Positions 28,284-38,285 of a stretch of 53,901 bases of DNA are shown here, one piece after another (within the stretch, counting starts at the first letter, position 1; every line of letters begins with the position of its first letter). Origin of the DNA: Promethearchaeota archaeon. Its GTDB lineage: Archaea; Asgardarchaeota; Lokiarchaeia; Sigyniarchaeales; SOKP01. The stretch spans positions 1 through 53,901 of the forward strand of contig JAUVXW010000032.1 of the NCBI GenBank assembly GCA_030603385.1, written 5' to 3'. The position numbers and the translations under genes were made by a program. The notes under the pieces were generated by a model, which saw nothing but the letters and a program-made list of their open reading frames with translations, ran no database searches and was not told the origin of the DNA.

Positions 28284-29492
28284 TTAATATTCTTCTTCTC
28301 TGTTTTCTACTTCATCGTTTTCTTCCTCAAGTTCCCCTTGTGTTTCTGGTTTTGATTCTAATTCAGGCTCTGTCTCAGTTTTTGTTTCATGCAAAGGTTC
28401 TGGTTTAGGCTCTGGTAACGTCTCGTAAATGGTCTTTGACTCTTTTTCTAGCTCAGGTTCAGGTTCAGGAGTAGGTTCATATACTGGTTCGGGCTCTGGT
28501 TCAGGCTCTGGAGAGGGTTCATATACTGGTTCAGGCTCAGGCTCTGGAGAGGGTTCATATACTGGTTCAGGTTCAGGTTCAGGAGGGGGTTCATATACCG
28601 GTTCAGGCTCTGGTTCAGGTTCAGGCTCTGGTTCTGGAGAGGGTTCATATACTGGTTCAGGTTCTGGAATGGGTTCATATACTGGTTCAGGCTCTGGTTC
28701 AGGTTCAGGCTCAGGTTCTGGAGAGGGTTCATATACTGGTTCAGGCTCTGGAATGGGTTCATATACTGGTTCAGGCTCTGGAATGGGTTCATATACTGGT
28801 TCAGGCTCTGGAATGGGTTCATATACTGGTTCAGGCTCTGGTTCCGGAGTAGATTCATATACTGGTTCTGGTTCTGGCCCTGGTTCAGGAGTAGGTTCAT
28901 ATACAGGTTCAGGTTCTGGCCCTGGTTCAGGAGTAGGTTCATATACAGGTTCAGGTTCTTTTACTGGTTGAAATTTAGGTTGAGTTTTTAAAATGGACTC
29001 ATATATAGGCTCAGGTTCGACCTTTTTTAAAGGTTCTCTACTTTTTTCCTTTAGTTTTCTCATAAAATCTTTTTCTACTACCTTTTCATCAGCAGAAATA
29101 AATTGAATGATTATAAAAGGATTATTCCGGGGTCTTTCAATTAGTTGACCCAAAAATATTCTTTTCGGTTTAATTCTTTTATTGTTTATTCTTAATTCTA
29201 CTGCGAAATTACCAGAGGCAAAAAAATCGAATCCATTTATTCTACCTCTTTCAGTCGCACTCCATTGAATTAAATTTGTCGTAGTTTTATGAATTTTAAC
29301 CTTAGTCTCAGGTCTCGCGATTTTTGTTATTTTTAGTTTGTTTTGATATGATATTTTCCCCTGAAAGGTTTTTTTTTTATCCCCTTTTGTAGTCCATCTC
29401 AAATGGAAGCCATCAGTTTGTTTCCATAACACATAACCCAAGAATTGACCCGAACTGAATTTAGGACGTCCTTTAATGTTATTTACTCTCAT
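28284..29492 (-). CDS. Protein with basic beta-rich N-domain and Glu/Pro-rich PVYE-repeat tail
   Basis: 402 aa; 13 PVYE units in (EP)n spacers; no signal peptide. Confidence 0.85.
   Translation of the reverse strand: MRVNNIKGRPKFSSGQFLGYVLWKQTDGFHLRWTTKGDKKKTFQGKISYQNKLKITKIARPETKVKIHKTTTNLIQWSATERGRINGFDFFASGNFAVELRINNKRIKPKRIFLGQLIERPRNNPFIIIQFISADEKVVEKDFMRKLKEKSREPLKKVEPEPIYESILKTQPKFQPVKEPEPVYEPTPEPGPEPEPVYEPTPEPGPEPEPVYESTPEPEPEPVYEPIPEPEPVYEPIPEPEPVYEPIPEPEPVYEPSPEPEPEPEPEPEPVYEPIPEPEPVYEPSPEPEPEPEPEPEPVYEPPPEPEPEPVYEPSPEPEPEPVYEPSPEPEPEPEPVYEPTPEPEPELEKESKTIYETLPEPKPEPLHETKTETEPELESKPETQGELEEENDEVENREEEY
28449..28960 (-). repeat. Intragenic tandem repeat, variable 30-54 bp units ([10 protein letters not shown])
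   Basis: Repeated GGTTCATATACTGGTTCAGGCTCT-type units on the + strand. Confidence 0.95.
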
Positions 29493-29611
29493 TTTTTTCT
29501 CATTATTTTAACTTAAATTTCTATAAAATTATGAAACAATTTGCTAATAAATATTTTCATATTTTTGTCAATTTTAAAACCAATTTAGGAGGATAGATTA
29601 AACTATAATAA

Positions 29612-29995
29612 CTATAAGTTTGCTAAAATTCTATCTACTTTTTCTTTGATATCCAATTGAGCAGAAGATGGATCTTTTAAAACATGTTTGGTCTCGATAA
29701 ATATATTGGTGCTAATCTGCTTCATTGTTTTAAGATCTACATCTCCTTCTATAACAAAAACAAAATAAATAGATTTTTGATCCCCAAACAATTCTTTAGT
29801 AATAATAGTTATTTCATAATTTTCACCGTAGGTAATAGTGGCAATTTCTTCTTTAAATAACTTTTTTCCTATTGCTCCGATTGCTGAAATTAAACCACTA
29901 AAAATGGCGGGATTTATTTCATCCAAATTGGGATCTATCTTCTTAGAATAAAAGGGATAACCTTGAGAATCACAGACTAAAATTGATTTTATCAT
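29612..29995 (-). CDS. Longin/roadblock-like small protein
   Basis: IKSILVCDSQGYPFYS, FSGLISAI..IG..LF, YFVFV pattern. Confidence 0.65.
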   Translation of the reverse strand: MIKSILVCDSQGYPFYSKKIDPNLDEINPAIFSGLISAIGAIGKKLFKEEIATITYGENYEITIITKELFGDQKSIYFVFVIEGDVDLKTMKQISTNIFIETKHVLKDPSSAQLDIKEKVDRILANL

Positions 29996-30344
29996 GATTT
30001 TTTTATTTCTTATTGTCTCAAATTTTTCAGTTATACGAATAATAGATTTCTTATTTTTAACTTTCAGCTTATACTAAAACTTGAGATGATCGAAATGAAA
30101 AAAAGTAGTCTCGATTAAATTGATTTTAAGTTAATTATTTATACAACAGAATAAATTTCAATATTTTAATACTTAATTTGAATTTTCGTTATAATATCAC
30201 GAAATAAAAGAGGTATTAGAAGTAATATTAAGCTTTACTTCATTATTAATTCACGAGGATAATAGGTAAGAACAAATTGATAATTTTTTTTTTCAAATAC
30301 GTATTATCAGTTTATTGGGAAGTATAGAAAGGTAAAGGATTTTC

Positions 30345-31718
30345 ATGGTATATTTTCAGATAAGTCCAATTGGATTTAATTGTGGAACGGATAAAAATAA
30401 TTGTAATAAGTATCCAGATTATTGTAAAGAATGTGTTAAAACACAACTTGAAAAATTTGGTTTAGATCTTAAGCAGAATATAAAATTTACGATTATTGAC
30501 TCTGAAGAAAAACGAATTCAGATGTTCCGAAACCTAATATGGCAGAAGTTTTTAGATGTCTTAAATTTAAAACATATTTTATTGATGGCTAAAGAGTCGG
30601 GGTTACCTATTATAGACTACCCGATTTCGGGGGCAGGAGTGAATACAGAATTATTAACAGGATTTATCCAAGCAAATATCACATTTTCAGAATCGGGTAA
30701 CACTTCGAATAGCATTGAAAACTATAGTAATAATCATCAATTTTATGAATTTCAATATGAGACATTCAATATTTTACTAAAAAATGGACAATTCATCAGA
30801 ATTTGCTTGGTGTTAGATCATAAAGCTTCAGAAAGTCTGAAAACTCTAGTGTCTGAGTTTTTACAAGATTATGAAGCTAGATATCTAGATAAACTTGAAA
30901 GGCTTATCAATGTGGGATTCCTTAATTTTGAAGATACGATTGACTTTATTATAGACACGTTTAATATCAAATTAGTATTCCCTATGATTCTAACCCATAC
31001 TTTTTTACCGGATATGTTAGAATCAATCAAAAAAAAACCTATACAAAAAGCCATAATTGATTTTGCTAAACAATTTTTAGCTACAAAACAGTTCTTTTTT
31101 GTTATTAATTTACTCGATGAAGTCCAAAAAATTGTAAATATTGATGCGAACATACTTCTTTATGAGATTTCCCTCCTTTTAGAAAGAAATATAATCATTC
31201 CCACTACGATTGAATTTGCAGAAACCAAGATCCTACAGTTCCAAGAAACACAAGCAATAAGAATTGCTAATAATGAGCTAATTTCTTCGATAATCGCTAA
31301 TGATGATGAAATTACCGAATTAAAAGAAAAAGCTAAATATATGAGTGAGGAAGATGTTAAAACCTCAATTAGTACATATATTAGAAAGGCTGAAACTGCT
31401 GAAAGAGCCTTAATATATAAGGAAGCACAAAAGGAGTATGAGAAAGCTCTTTATTTGGCTACAGGTTTTGACATGAAAGAAGATATTGGAAGAATCTCAT
31501 TTTTGGTTTTAGAACTTGACAAAAAAATTAGAGAATTAGATCTTGAGTATACTCTAAATGCTGGAGAAAAAGCAGAGAAACGAAAAGATTACATTAATGC
31601 TATCAATTATTGCAGACAAGGATTAATCCTTCTAAGAGAAGCTGAAGAGGTTAATGGTAATGAATCAAGAATTAAAAAACTAGAGAAAAAGATTAAAAAT
31701 CTTCAAAAACATCTGTAA
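30345..31718 (+). CDS. Cys-cluster + longin-like domain + TPR/MIT-like helical protein
   Basis: N-terminal C..C..C..C; HILLMAKESGLPI, LLTGFIQANITFS, ICLVLD..AS; C-terminal A..EYEKAL and KDY.NAI.Y helices. Confidence 0.65.
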   Translation: MVYFQISPIGFNCGTDKNNCNKYPDYCKECVKTQLEKFGLDLKQNIKFTIIDSEEKRIQMFRNLIWQKFLDVLNLKHILLMAKESGLPIIDYPISGAGVNTELLTGFIQANITFSESGNTSNSIENYSNNHQFYEFQYETFNILLKNGQFIRICLVLDHKASESLKTLVSEFLQDYEARYLDKLERLINVGFLNFEDTIDFIIDTFNIKLVFPMILTHTFLPDMLESIKKKPIQKAIIDFAKQFLATKQFFFVINLLDEVQKIVNIDANILLYEISLLLERNIIIPTTIEFAETKILQFQETQAIRIANNELISSIIANDDEITELKEKAKYMSEEDVKTSISTYIRKAETAERALIYKEAQKEYEKALYLATGFDMKEDIGRISFLVLELDKKIRELDLEYTLNAGEKAEKRKDYINAINYCRQGLILLREAEEVNGNESRIKKLEKKIKNLQKHL

Positions 31719-31786
31719 AATAAAACTAATTTATCGATTTGTTTCAATATATCTTTTCAGGGTATAATTATTAAAAATTCATTTGC

Positions 31787-32425
31787 TTAGTCAGCTCTCA
31801 CGCTTGTCTTTATGTCGTCTTCCAAAACTTTCTCAATAGCGTTTTGAAAAACCTCGTAGGGTTGTGCCCCAATTACCACTCCATTACCAATAAAGAATGT
31901 TGGTATGCCATTTATTCCACATCTTCCTAATTCAAAGCTAGCTTCCTTTAGCTTATTGACTGGCTCATCACTTTTAATATAATTTAATATTTCAGGTTTG
32001 TTTAATCCAATAGATTCTGCAAGATCTAGTAGCAGAGACAGATCCCCGATATCTTTTCCTTCTTTCCAATAGTTATCAAATACAAGTTTGTGAAACTCAT
32101 CGAATTTTCCTTTTTTCTTTGCAAATTCCGAGATAAATAATGCCAGTTGGGAATTTGGTAACTTTTCCGATAACTTAAAGATTATTCCATCTTGATCAGC
32201 GAGTCGCTTCACATTTGCCATGACCATCTCTAAATAACCTCTTGGAAAGGGTAATTTTTCTGTCACTATACCATCTTTAGGTATTTCAGGGTGTAGTTCA
32301 AAAGGTCGCCACTCAACATCAAGGTCATATTGCTCTTTAAGCTTCTCTATACGGTGGAATCCAATATAACAAAAAGGGCAAATATAATCCGAGTATACAA
32401 TTACCTTTAACATTTTTTGTTTCAT
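31787..32425 (-). CDS. DsbA/FrnE-family oxidoreductase
   Basis: SDYICPFCYIG, WRPFELHP, GINGIPTF, GAQP. Confidence 0.9.
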   Translation of the reverse strand: MKQKMLKVIVYSDYICPFCYIGFHRIEKLKEQYDLDVEWRPFELHPEIPKDGIVTEKLPFPRGYLEMVMANVKRLADQDGIIFKLSEKLPNSQLALFISEFAKKKGKFDEFHKLVFDNYWKEGKDIGDLSLLLDLAESIGLNKPEILNYIKSDEPVNKLKEASFELGRCGINGIPTFFIGNGVVIGAQPYEVFQNAIEKVLEDDIKTSVRAD

Positions 32426-32473
32426 CTTTAACGGTTTAGAAGGGATAGATAGCTTTTTTAAATTTGAAATATT

Positions 32474-33274
32474 TTAATCTTTATCTCCACGAATCTCTCC
32501 TTTTAGAACTTGAAGTAGCTCCTTTTTACTCTTTTTAATTTCAACATCCATCTCTTCATCTGGGGGAAACAAACCATTTTCATTCTCAATGTCAAGACTT
32601 GACATCCTCTCAATGAATCCTTCATATAAATCATCAATCATTTTATTTAAGTTAGAAATTGAATTTCTGATATCTGAGTTAGCTTTTGGAGGATCCTTAT
32701 AAGAACTAATCTCTCTACTGATTATTTTCAACTCTCTTGTCATTTTTTCTAGCGATTCAAAGATATATCGGTCATTTAATAGCAGCGTTATTTTCTCTTC
32801 TTCTGATTTTTTTCTTGTCTCCTCCACAGTTTCCCAATATAAATCCTGTACTGATTTTTTGATTAGACTTTCGTTTTCTATTATACGCTCTTTATCAACT
32901 TCATCATGTTTGTTTAATTCATATGTGTAAAACCCAGTATAAATGTCTTCATTCGACTGCATCTGTTCTGAGAATTTTTTGCATAATAATGACATAGTTT
33001 CTTCAATTTCAGGAGAAATTTGCTGATTAATAATTATTGAGATCATCACCATTTCTCTTTTACCACGAGCCCATTCTGAGCGAATTTGAAAGTAAAAATT
33101 TATTATTTTTAAATTTTCGAAAGAATGGGTGAAAAATTCTTCCTCATTCTGCTGAGTCATGATATCATATAATCGATTTGATATTTCTTTACCCAACGGA
33201 GTTTCTGGAAAAGAATAAAATACTGACGTGCCTATTCTTGTATGAAAATATGATAATATAACAATCGTTTTTAT
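32474..33274 (-). CDS. uDENN/longin-like protein; start probably upstream of the tracked TTG (33196)
   Basis: The frame stays open to ATA at 33274 and adds IKTIVILSYFHTRIGTSVFYSFPETP. Body has YFQIRSEWARGKREMVMISII. Confidence 0.6.
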   Translation of the reverse strand: MKTIVILSYFHTRIGTSVFYSFPETPLGKEISNRLYDIMTQQNEEEFFTHSFENLKIINFYFQIRSEWARGKREMVMISIIINQQISPEIEETMSLLCKKFSEQMQSNEDIYTGFYTYELNKHDEVDKERIIENESLIKKSVQDLYWETVEETRKKSEEEKITLLLNDRYIFESLEKMTRELKIISREISSYKDPPKANSDIRNSISNLNKMIDDLYEGFIERMSSLDIENENGLFPPDEEMDVEIKKSKKELLQVLKGEIRGDKD

Positions 33275-33412
33275 CTACACCCCATTGTCTACTCCTTTAA
33301 ATATTTATAAGAAAATCTCAGCATATAAATGATTATATCTTTATTTATCTCTGACAATATATTAATAATTTATTATTATCAAAAATAGATAGAAATGTAA
33401 ATTCAAAAAAAA

Positions 33413-34831
33413 TTAGAGAGATTTAATAGATTCCTTTAGTGTTTTTTCAAAGAGCTCACAGATTTTTTCTGTCTCTTCATCATTAATAATTAATGGTGGT
33501 TTGATTTTTAAGGTGTTTTGAATGAAATAACCTGCTGTGGACATGATTTGCATTTGTTCACCAAAAAAGATTCCATTTTTCCATCCAACATGCACCATTT
33601 TTTCTAGCAACTGATTATGGGGTTCTCGTGTATCAGGATCTTTCACAAATTCTACACCTATAAATAAGCCAGGACCTCTAACATCCCCAATCTGAGGTAT
33701 ACTTTCAGAAAGATCTTTTATATGAGAAGTTATTTTCTTTCCTTGCTTATCAGCATTTTGGGGTATGTTGTTTTTTTGTAATATTTCAATATTTACTAAA
33801 CATGCGGCCATCGCTAATGGAGGCGAAGCAAAGGTAGAATGTTCCTCGAACTCGGTTAACGTACGAAGTTTAGTTGATGCCACCGTAATTCCAATGGGAA
33901 CACCTGCAGCTGCTCCTTTAGTTAGAGTCATAATATCTGGTGAAATATCTTTATTATATGTAGATTCATACCATTCTGTACCAAACATTTTGCCTGTGCG
34001 GCCAAAACCAGTTTGTGCTTCGTCATAAATAAGAAGAATTTTATTATTTTTGCAAATTTCCTTTAATCCAACTAAGAAATCGACAGGTGCAGGAATCTGA
34101 CCTCCAGGACCCTGCATAGGTTCGATGATGCAACCAATTGGTGTACCCGTAGGAAACATTTCTATGTTTTGCCGTACCATCTCCAAACATTCTAAATTGC
34201 ATGATTTATCTCGTTTTCCGCTAAAACCTTCCTTATAATTCCAAGGACAGTGAAAACAGTAAGGAAAAAAATTTCGCATCCAATGGTCTTGCCCAAAACC
34301 AGAAAATCGCATTGGGAGACGTTGAGAAGCACCCATCATTACTAAGCTTGACCCATGATACCCCCTTCGAAATACTATGAATTGATTTCCTTTTTTGTTA
34401 TTAATCAGTGCTAACCTAATTGCACATTCAAGTGCCCACCCTCCTCCAGAGTTGTTCACACTAACTTTACCGCCTTTTAATTGACCCGGTGCGATTTCTG
34501 CGATTTTATTGAAAAGTCTCACTCTTACTGGTGTAAGAAAATATGACCAAGAATGGGTAACTTGTTGAGATTGGATACTGAGAGCATAACTTATATCTGG
34601 ATTATTATGCCCTAAATTGTAAACCCATGCTTGAGATGTGCAATCCAGTATTTCTCGTCCATCTTGAGTTTTAAAATAAATTGAACCTGGCTCACGACTT
34701 CCTGTGATAATATGTTCTCGAACATTAGTTAAAAGATGATTTTTACGGCATATTATTATTTCTTCTTCATTTAATGGATAAGTTAGAAGCCTTTCGATCT
34801 CTTCTTTCTTTAGATATTTTGGTTCATTCAT
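33413..34831 (-). CDS. Class III PLP-dependent aminotransferase
   Basis: LGHNNP, GYHG, IIEPMQGPGG, YDEAQTGFGRTG, PDIMTLTKG, VRGPGL. Confidence 0.95.
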   Translation of the reverse strand: MNEPKYLKKEEIERLLTYPLNEEEIIICRKNHLLTNVREHIITGSREPGSIYFKTQDGREILDCTSQAWVYNLGHNNPDISYALSIQSQQVTHSWSYFLTPVRVRLFNKIAEIAPGQLKGGKVSVNNSGGGWALECAIRLALINNKKGNQFIVFRRGYHGSSLVMMGASQRLPMRFSGFGQDHWMRNFFPYCFHCPWNYKEGFSGKRDKSCNLECLEMVRQNIEMFPTGTPIGCIIEPMQGPGGQIPAPVDFLVGLKEICKNNKILLIYDEAQTGFGRTGKMFGTEWYESTYNKDISPDIMTLTKGAAAGVPIGITVASTKLRTLTEFEEHSTFASPPLAMAACLVNIEILQKNNIPQNADKQGKKITSHIKDLSESIPQIGDVRGPGLFIGVEFVKDPDTREPHNQLLEKMVHVGWKNGIFFGEQMQIMSTAGYFIQNTLKIKPPLIINDEETEKICELFEKTLKESIKSL

Positions 34832-34891
34832 GCTACATCAATATATTTCAATTATTAAAAGAATTTTTAGATATTATATAAAAATCTCTAC

Positions 34892-36322
34892 TCAAGAAAA
34901 GCGCAGAATTGCGGGTTTTATACACTCTAGTGCAGAATTGAAGTGCTCCATTTTAATAATAAGGGTATTTAAAGCATCATCTGGATGGACTTCATTCAAC
35001 TTTATTTGAGGTAAAACACTTCGTATTGAATCCATGGCAGCTTCTTTGCACAATGCCATCAGATCAGCTCCCACAAATCCTTGAGTTTTTTCTGCAATTA
35101 GTTTAAGATCAACATCTTTATGTAAAGGTTTTCCACGAGTATGAATCTTTAATATCTCAAATCTTCCATCAATATCTGGAGGTTTTATTTCAATTTCGTG
35201 ATCAAACCTTCCAGGACGTCTTAATCCTTCATCAATATCCTCTATTCTATTTGTTTCGGCTATAACAATAACATCTCCTCTAGATTGAATACCATCCATT
35301 AATGTTAAAAGTTGAGCGACAACTCTTTGTTCTACTTTTTCAGATAATAATTCTCTTTTTGGAGCAATGGCGTCAATTTTATCTATGAATATTATTGACG
35401 GTGCATTTTCTTCTGCTTCTCTGAAGATCTCACGAAGTCTTCCTTCAGTCCCACCCGAATACCTGCTAAAGATCTCAGGTCCATTTATCGTTATAAAATT
35501 TGCCTTTATTTCATGCGTTAATGCTTTTATCAACAAGGTTTTGCCTACTCCGGGAATTCCATATAAAATTATGCCTTGAGATGGTTTTACTCTTAACCTA
35601 TGAAATAATTCGGGATACTTTAAAGGTAATTCAACTATTTCTCGAATTTTCTGAATTTCATCAGATAACCCTCCAATATGATTATATGTAAAAACATCAC
35701 CCGTATGGTTTAAAGCAGCAACTTTTTTATTTACTTTTATTACTGTATCACGAGTAATTTTAACAACTTTATCTGGGGGTTTTAAATTTTCAACAATTAA
35801 TCTTAAAGTGCCTAAAGTTGCCCTTTTTCTAGACCCTAATTGAAACTTTTTCATAAGATCTGACATAGGATTTTCACCCTCTTCTCTTTGAACAAAAGTT
35901 CCATAAACATCAACTATATCCCCAATTACTACTGGTTTATCAATTAATTTATTCTTAATTGCATCTGCTTGTCTTTTTAAATCTATATCTGGTCTTGTAG
36001 GAGTTAATTGAATTTCAATTGCGGGATACACTTCTGCTTTTAGAATTGAGATATTTTCTCCAATTGTTGCTCCGGCATTAAGTCTCTGAAGGAGATCTAA
36101 CCTTATTATTCCTTTCCCTTTGTCAGCAGCACTTGATACCGCAATTCCCGTAGTTCTTTTCCTTCCTTTAATTTCAATTATATCACCAGTACTAAGCCCT
36201 AGGTCAAACATTACATTTTCATCAATATAACATAAAGAACGTCCACTTCGAGATTTCTCTAACCTTTCTATTCTTAAATTTACGGCAACTTGAGGTTGTT
36301 TTCTTCTTATCATTCTAACCAC
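34892..36322 (-). CDS. Cdc48/VAT-like protein with N-domain and a single AAA+ module
   Basis: GDIIEIKG, QRLNAG, IGGL..EIQKIREIVELPLKYPELF, GIPGVGKT, IIFIDKID, LRRPGRFD, GFVGADL; no D2 module. Confidence 0.85.
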   Translation of the reverse strand: MVRMIRRKQPQVAVNLRIERLEKSRSGRSLCYIDENVMFDLGLSTGDIIEIKGRKRTTGIAVSSAADKGKGIIRLDLLQRLNAGATIGENISILKAEVYPAIEIQLTPTRPDIDLKRQADAIKNKLIDKPVVIGDIVDVYGTFVQREEGENPMSDLMKKFQLGSRKRATLGTLRLIVENLKPPDKVVKITRDTVIKVNKKVAALNHTGDVFTYNHIGGLSDEIQKIREIVELPLKYPELFHRLRVKPSQGIILYGIPGVGKTLLIKALTHEIKANFITINGPEIFSRYSGGTEGRLREIFREAEENAPSIIFIDKIDAIAPKRELLSEKVEQRVVAQLLTLMDGIQSRGDVIVIAETNRIEDIDEGLRRPGRFDHEIEIKPPDIDGRFEILKIHTRGKPLHKDVDLKLIAEKTQGFVGADLMALCKEAAMDSIRSVLPQIKLNEVHPDDALNTLIIKMEHFNSALECIKPAILRFS

Positions 36323-36420
36323 TCGTCTAAATTTCGCCAGTTTTAATTTTTATAACCTTAGGATCATAATTAAGAAGTATATATAAGTTTTAATTAAGGA
36401 TGGAATATATCTAGAAAATT

Positions 36421-38160
36421 ATGACTATTCTCTTAAATCCAAAAAAACATGATCGTTATTATCCCGACGACCGCTCAAGAGAAATTATGCTCAAGACTAT
36501 TGAATTTTTCGAAAATAAAGGGAAAGTGAAGATTAAAGAAGATGACCATAAAAAAGTTTGGTATGATGATTTCCTCGAGTTTCAAAAAAAAAATAGAATT
36601 TTTGCACAACTTCTAACACCTGCTCCATATGGAGAGGATGAGAATTATCGTTGGGACACGTGGCGTATATGTGAATTTAATGAAATTCTTGGTTTTTATG
36701 GACTTGGATATTGGTATACTTGGCAAGTCTCTATTCTAGGACTTGGACCCATTTGGATGAGTAAGAATGAAGTAGCAAAGAAAAAAGCCGCAAAATTACT
36801 TCGAGAAGGGGGGATTTTCGCTTTTGCTCTCTCAGAACAAGCACACGGAGCTGATATCTATGCAACTGAGATGAAACTTACGCTACAAGAAGATGAAACT
36901 TATAAGGCAAATGGAGAGAAATATTATATTGGCAACGGTAACGAAGCAGAGATGGTTTCAAATTTTGGGAAACTTGCTGATATTGATGGAAATATCCCTC
37001 CGTATGATATGAAGAATAAAGATCAGTATGTATTTTTTGTAGCAAATTATAAACACAAAAATTATGAATTGATTAAAAATGTCTGCGATAGTCAAAACTT
37101 TGTATCTCATTTTGCTCTTCACGATTATCCCATAACACATGAAGATATTCTTTCTATGGGAGAAGAAGCATGGAATGCTTCGCTTAATACTGTTAATGTA
37201 GGTAAATATAATTTGGGTTGGGCTTCAATTGGGATGTGTACACATGCATTTTATGAATCTATTCATCATGCTGCTCATCGTAGGCTCTATAATATGTATG
37301 TTACTGATTTTCAACATGTTAAACAAAATTTTGTAGATGCGTATACGCGTTTAGTTGCCATGAAATTATTTGGATTAAGAACAGCTGACTACATGCGTAT
37401 AGCCTCCAAAAACGATAGGCGTTACCTTCTCTACGCCCCTGTTATGAAAATGAAAACAACAACTCAAGGGGAAGAAGTAATTAATCTCTTATGGGATGTT
37501 ATTGCTGCTAAAGGGTTTGAAAAAGATATGTACTTTGAAAGTGCTGCAAGAGATATTCGAGCATTACCTAAACTTGAGGGTACAGTTCACGTTAATATTG
37601 CCTTAATTCTGAAATTTATGTTGAGCTTCTTTATGAATCATAGAAATTATGAGGAGGTTCCTAGGCAAGATCAGATTGAAAACGATAGTTTCCTTTTTGA
37701 TCAAGGACCCACTCGAGGCTTAAGTCGTGTTCGCCTTCATGATTGGAAACCCGCATTTGAGAAAAATAACTTACCTAATGTTAAAATTTTCTTGGAACAG
37801 ATTGAATTATTCAATCTTCTTGGAACAAAAGCAACCCCTAGTGCTGAACAACAAAATGATATGGATTTTATGCTATCGGGGATTGGAGAAATCTTCTCTT
37901 TAATTGTATATGCCCATTTGATTACTGAAAATGCACCTATCTACAACATTGATGATGACACTTTAGATCAAATTTTTGATTTCCTAGTCAGAGATTTTTC
38001 TAAATATGCTTTAAATCTCTATCATAAATCTGGTACTACTCCTAAACAAATGGAATTTTGTTTAAAAATGATAAAAAAACCAAATGTGGATGAGGAAAGA
38101 TTTAAACGAGTGTGGAAAACTGTACACTCCTTAAAAGATGCCTACCAAATGAATGATTAA
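36421..38160 (+). CDS. Acyl-CoA dehydrogenase family protein
   Basis: FALSEQAHGAD, NGEKYYIGN, LPKLEGT. Confidence 0.9.
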   Translation: MTILLNPKKHDRYYPDDRSREIMLKTIEFFENKGKVKIKEDDHKKVWYDDFLEFQKKNRIFAQLLTPAPYGEDENYRWDTWRICEFNEILGFYGLGYWYTWQVSILGLGPIWMSKNEVAKKKAAKLLREGGIFAFALSEQAHGADIYATEMKLTLQEDETYKANGEKYYIGNGNEAEMVSNFGKLADIDGNIPPYDMKNKDQYVFFVANYKHKNYELIKNVCDSQNFVSHFALHDYPITHEDILSMGEEAWNASLNTVNVGKYNLGWASIGMCTHAFYESIHHAAHRRLYNMYVTDFQHVKQNFVDAYTRLVAMKLFGLRTADYMRIASKNDRRYLLYAPVMKMKTTTQGEEVINLLWDVIAAKGFEKDMYFESAARDIRALPKLEGTVHVNIALILKFMLSFFMNHRNYEEVPRQDQIENDSFLFDQGPTRGLSRVRLHDWKPAFEKNNLPNVKIFLEQIELFNLLGTKATPSAEQQNDMDFMLSGIGEIFSLIVYAHLITENAPIYNIDDDTLDQIFDFLVRDFSKYALNLYHKSGTTPKQMEFCLKMIKKPNVDEERFKRVWKTVHSLKDAYQMND

Positions 38161-38165
38161 TTACG

Positions 38166-38279
38166 TTTTTACTTCTTTTTTTACTTTTTCTGGTTAGATA
38201 TCTCTTCAATTGCAATTTCTGGATTATGATATCTCTGTGTTTTCAATGTTCCAATCCCAAATTGTATAGCCTTTTCAGG
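38166..38279 (-). pseudogene. Duplicated 3' fragment of the EFR1-type gene (direct repeat of 39288..39401)
   Basis: 114 bp, 5 mismatches; encodes PEKAIQFGIGTLKTQRYHNPEIAIEEISNQKK* with no start. Confidence 0.85.
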
Positions 38280-38285
38280 CTAGAT

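Noticed and set aside
28449-28960. Possible CRISPR array
   Set aside because: Units are in-frame multiples of 3 with no unique spacers, and there are no cas genes.
28429-28971. Gly/Ser-rich ORF (+) and Asn/Gln/Leu-rich ORF (28448..28942, -)
   Set aside because: Shadow frames of the EP/PVYE repeat gene; open only because of repeat periodicity.
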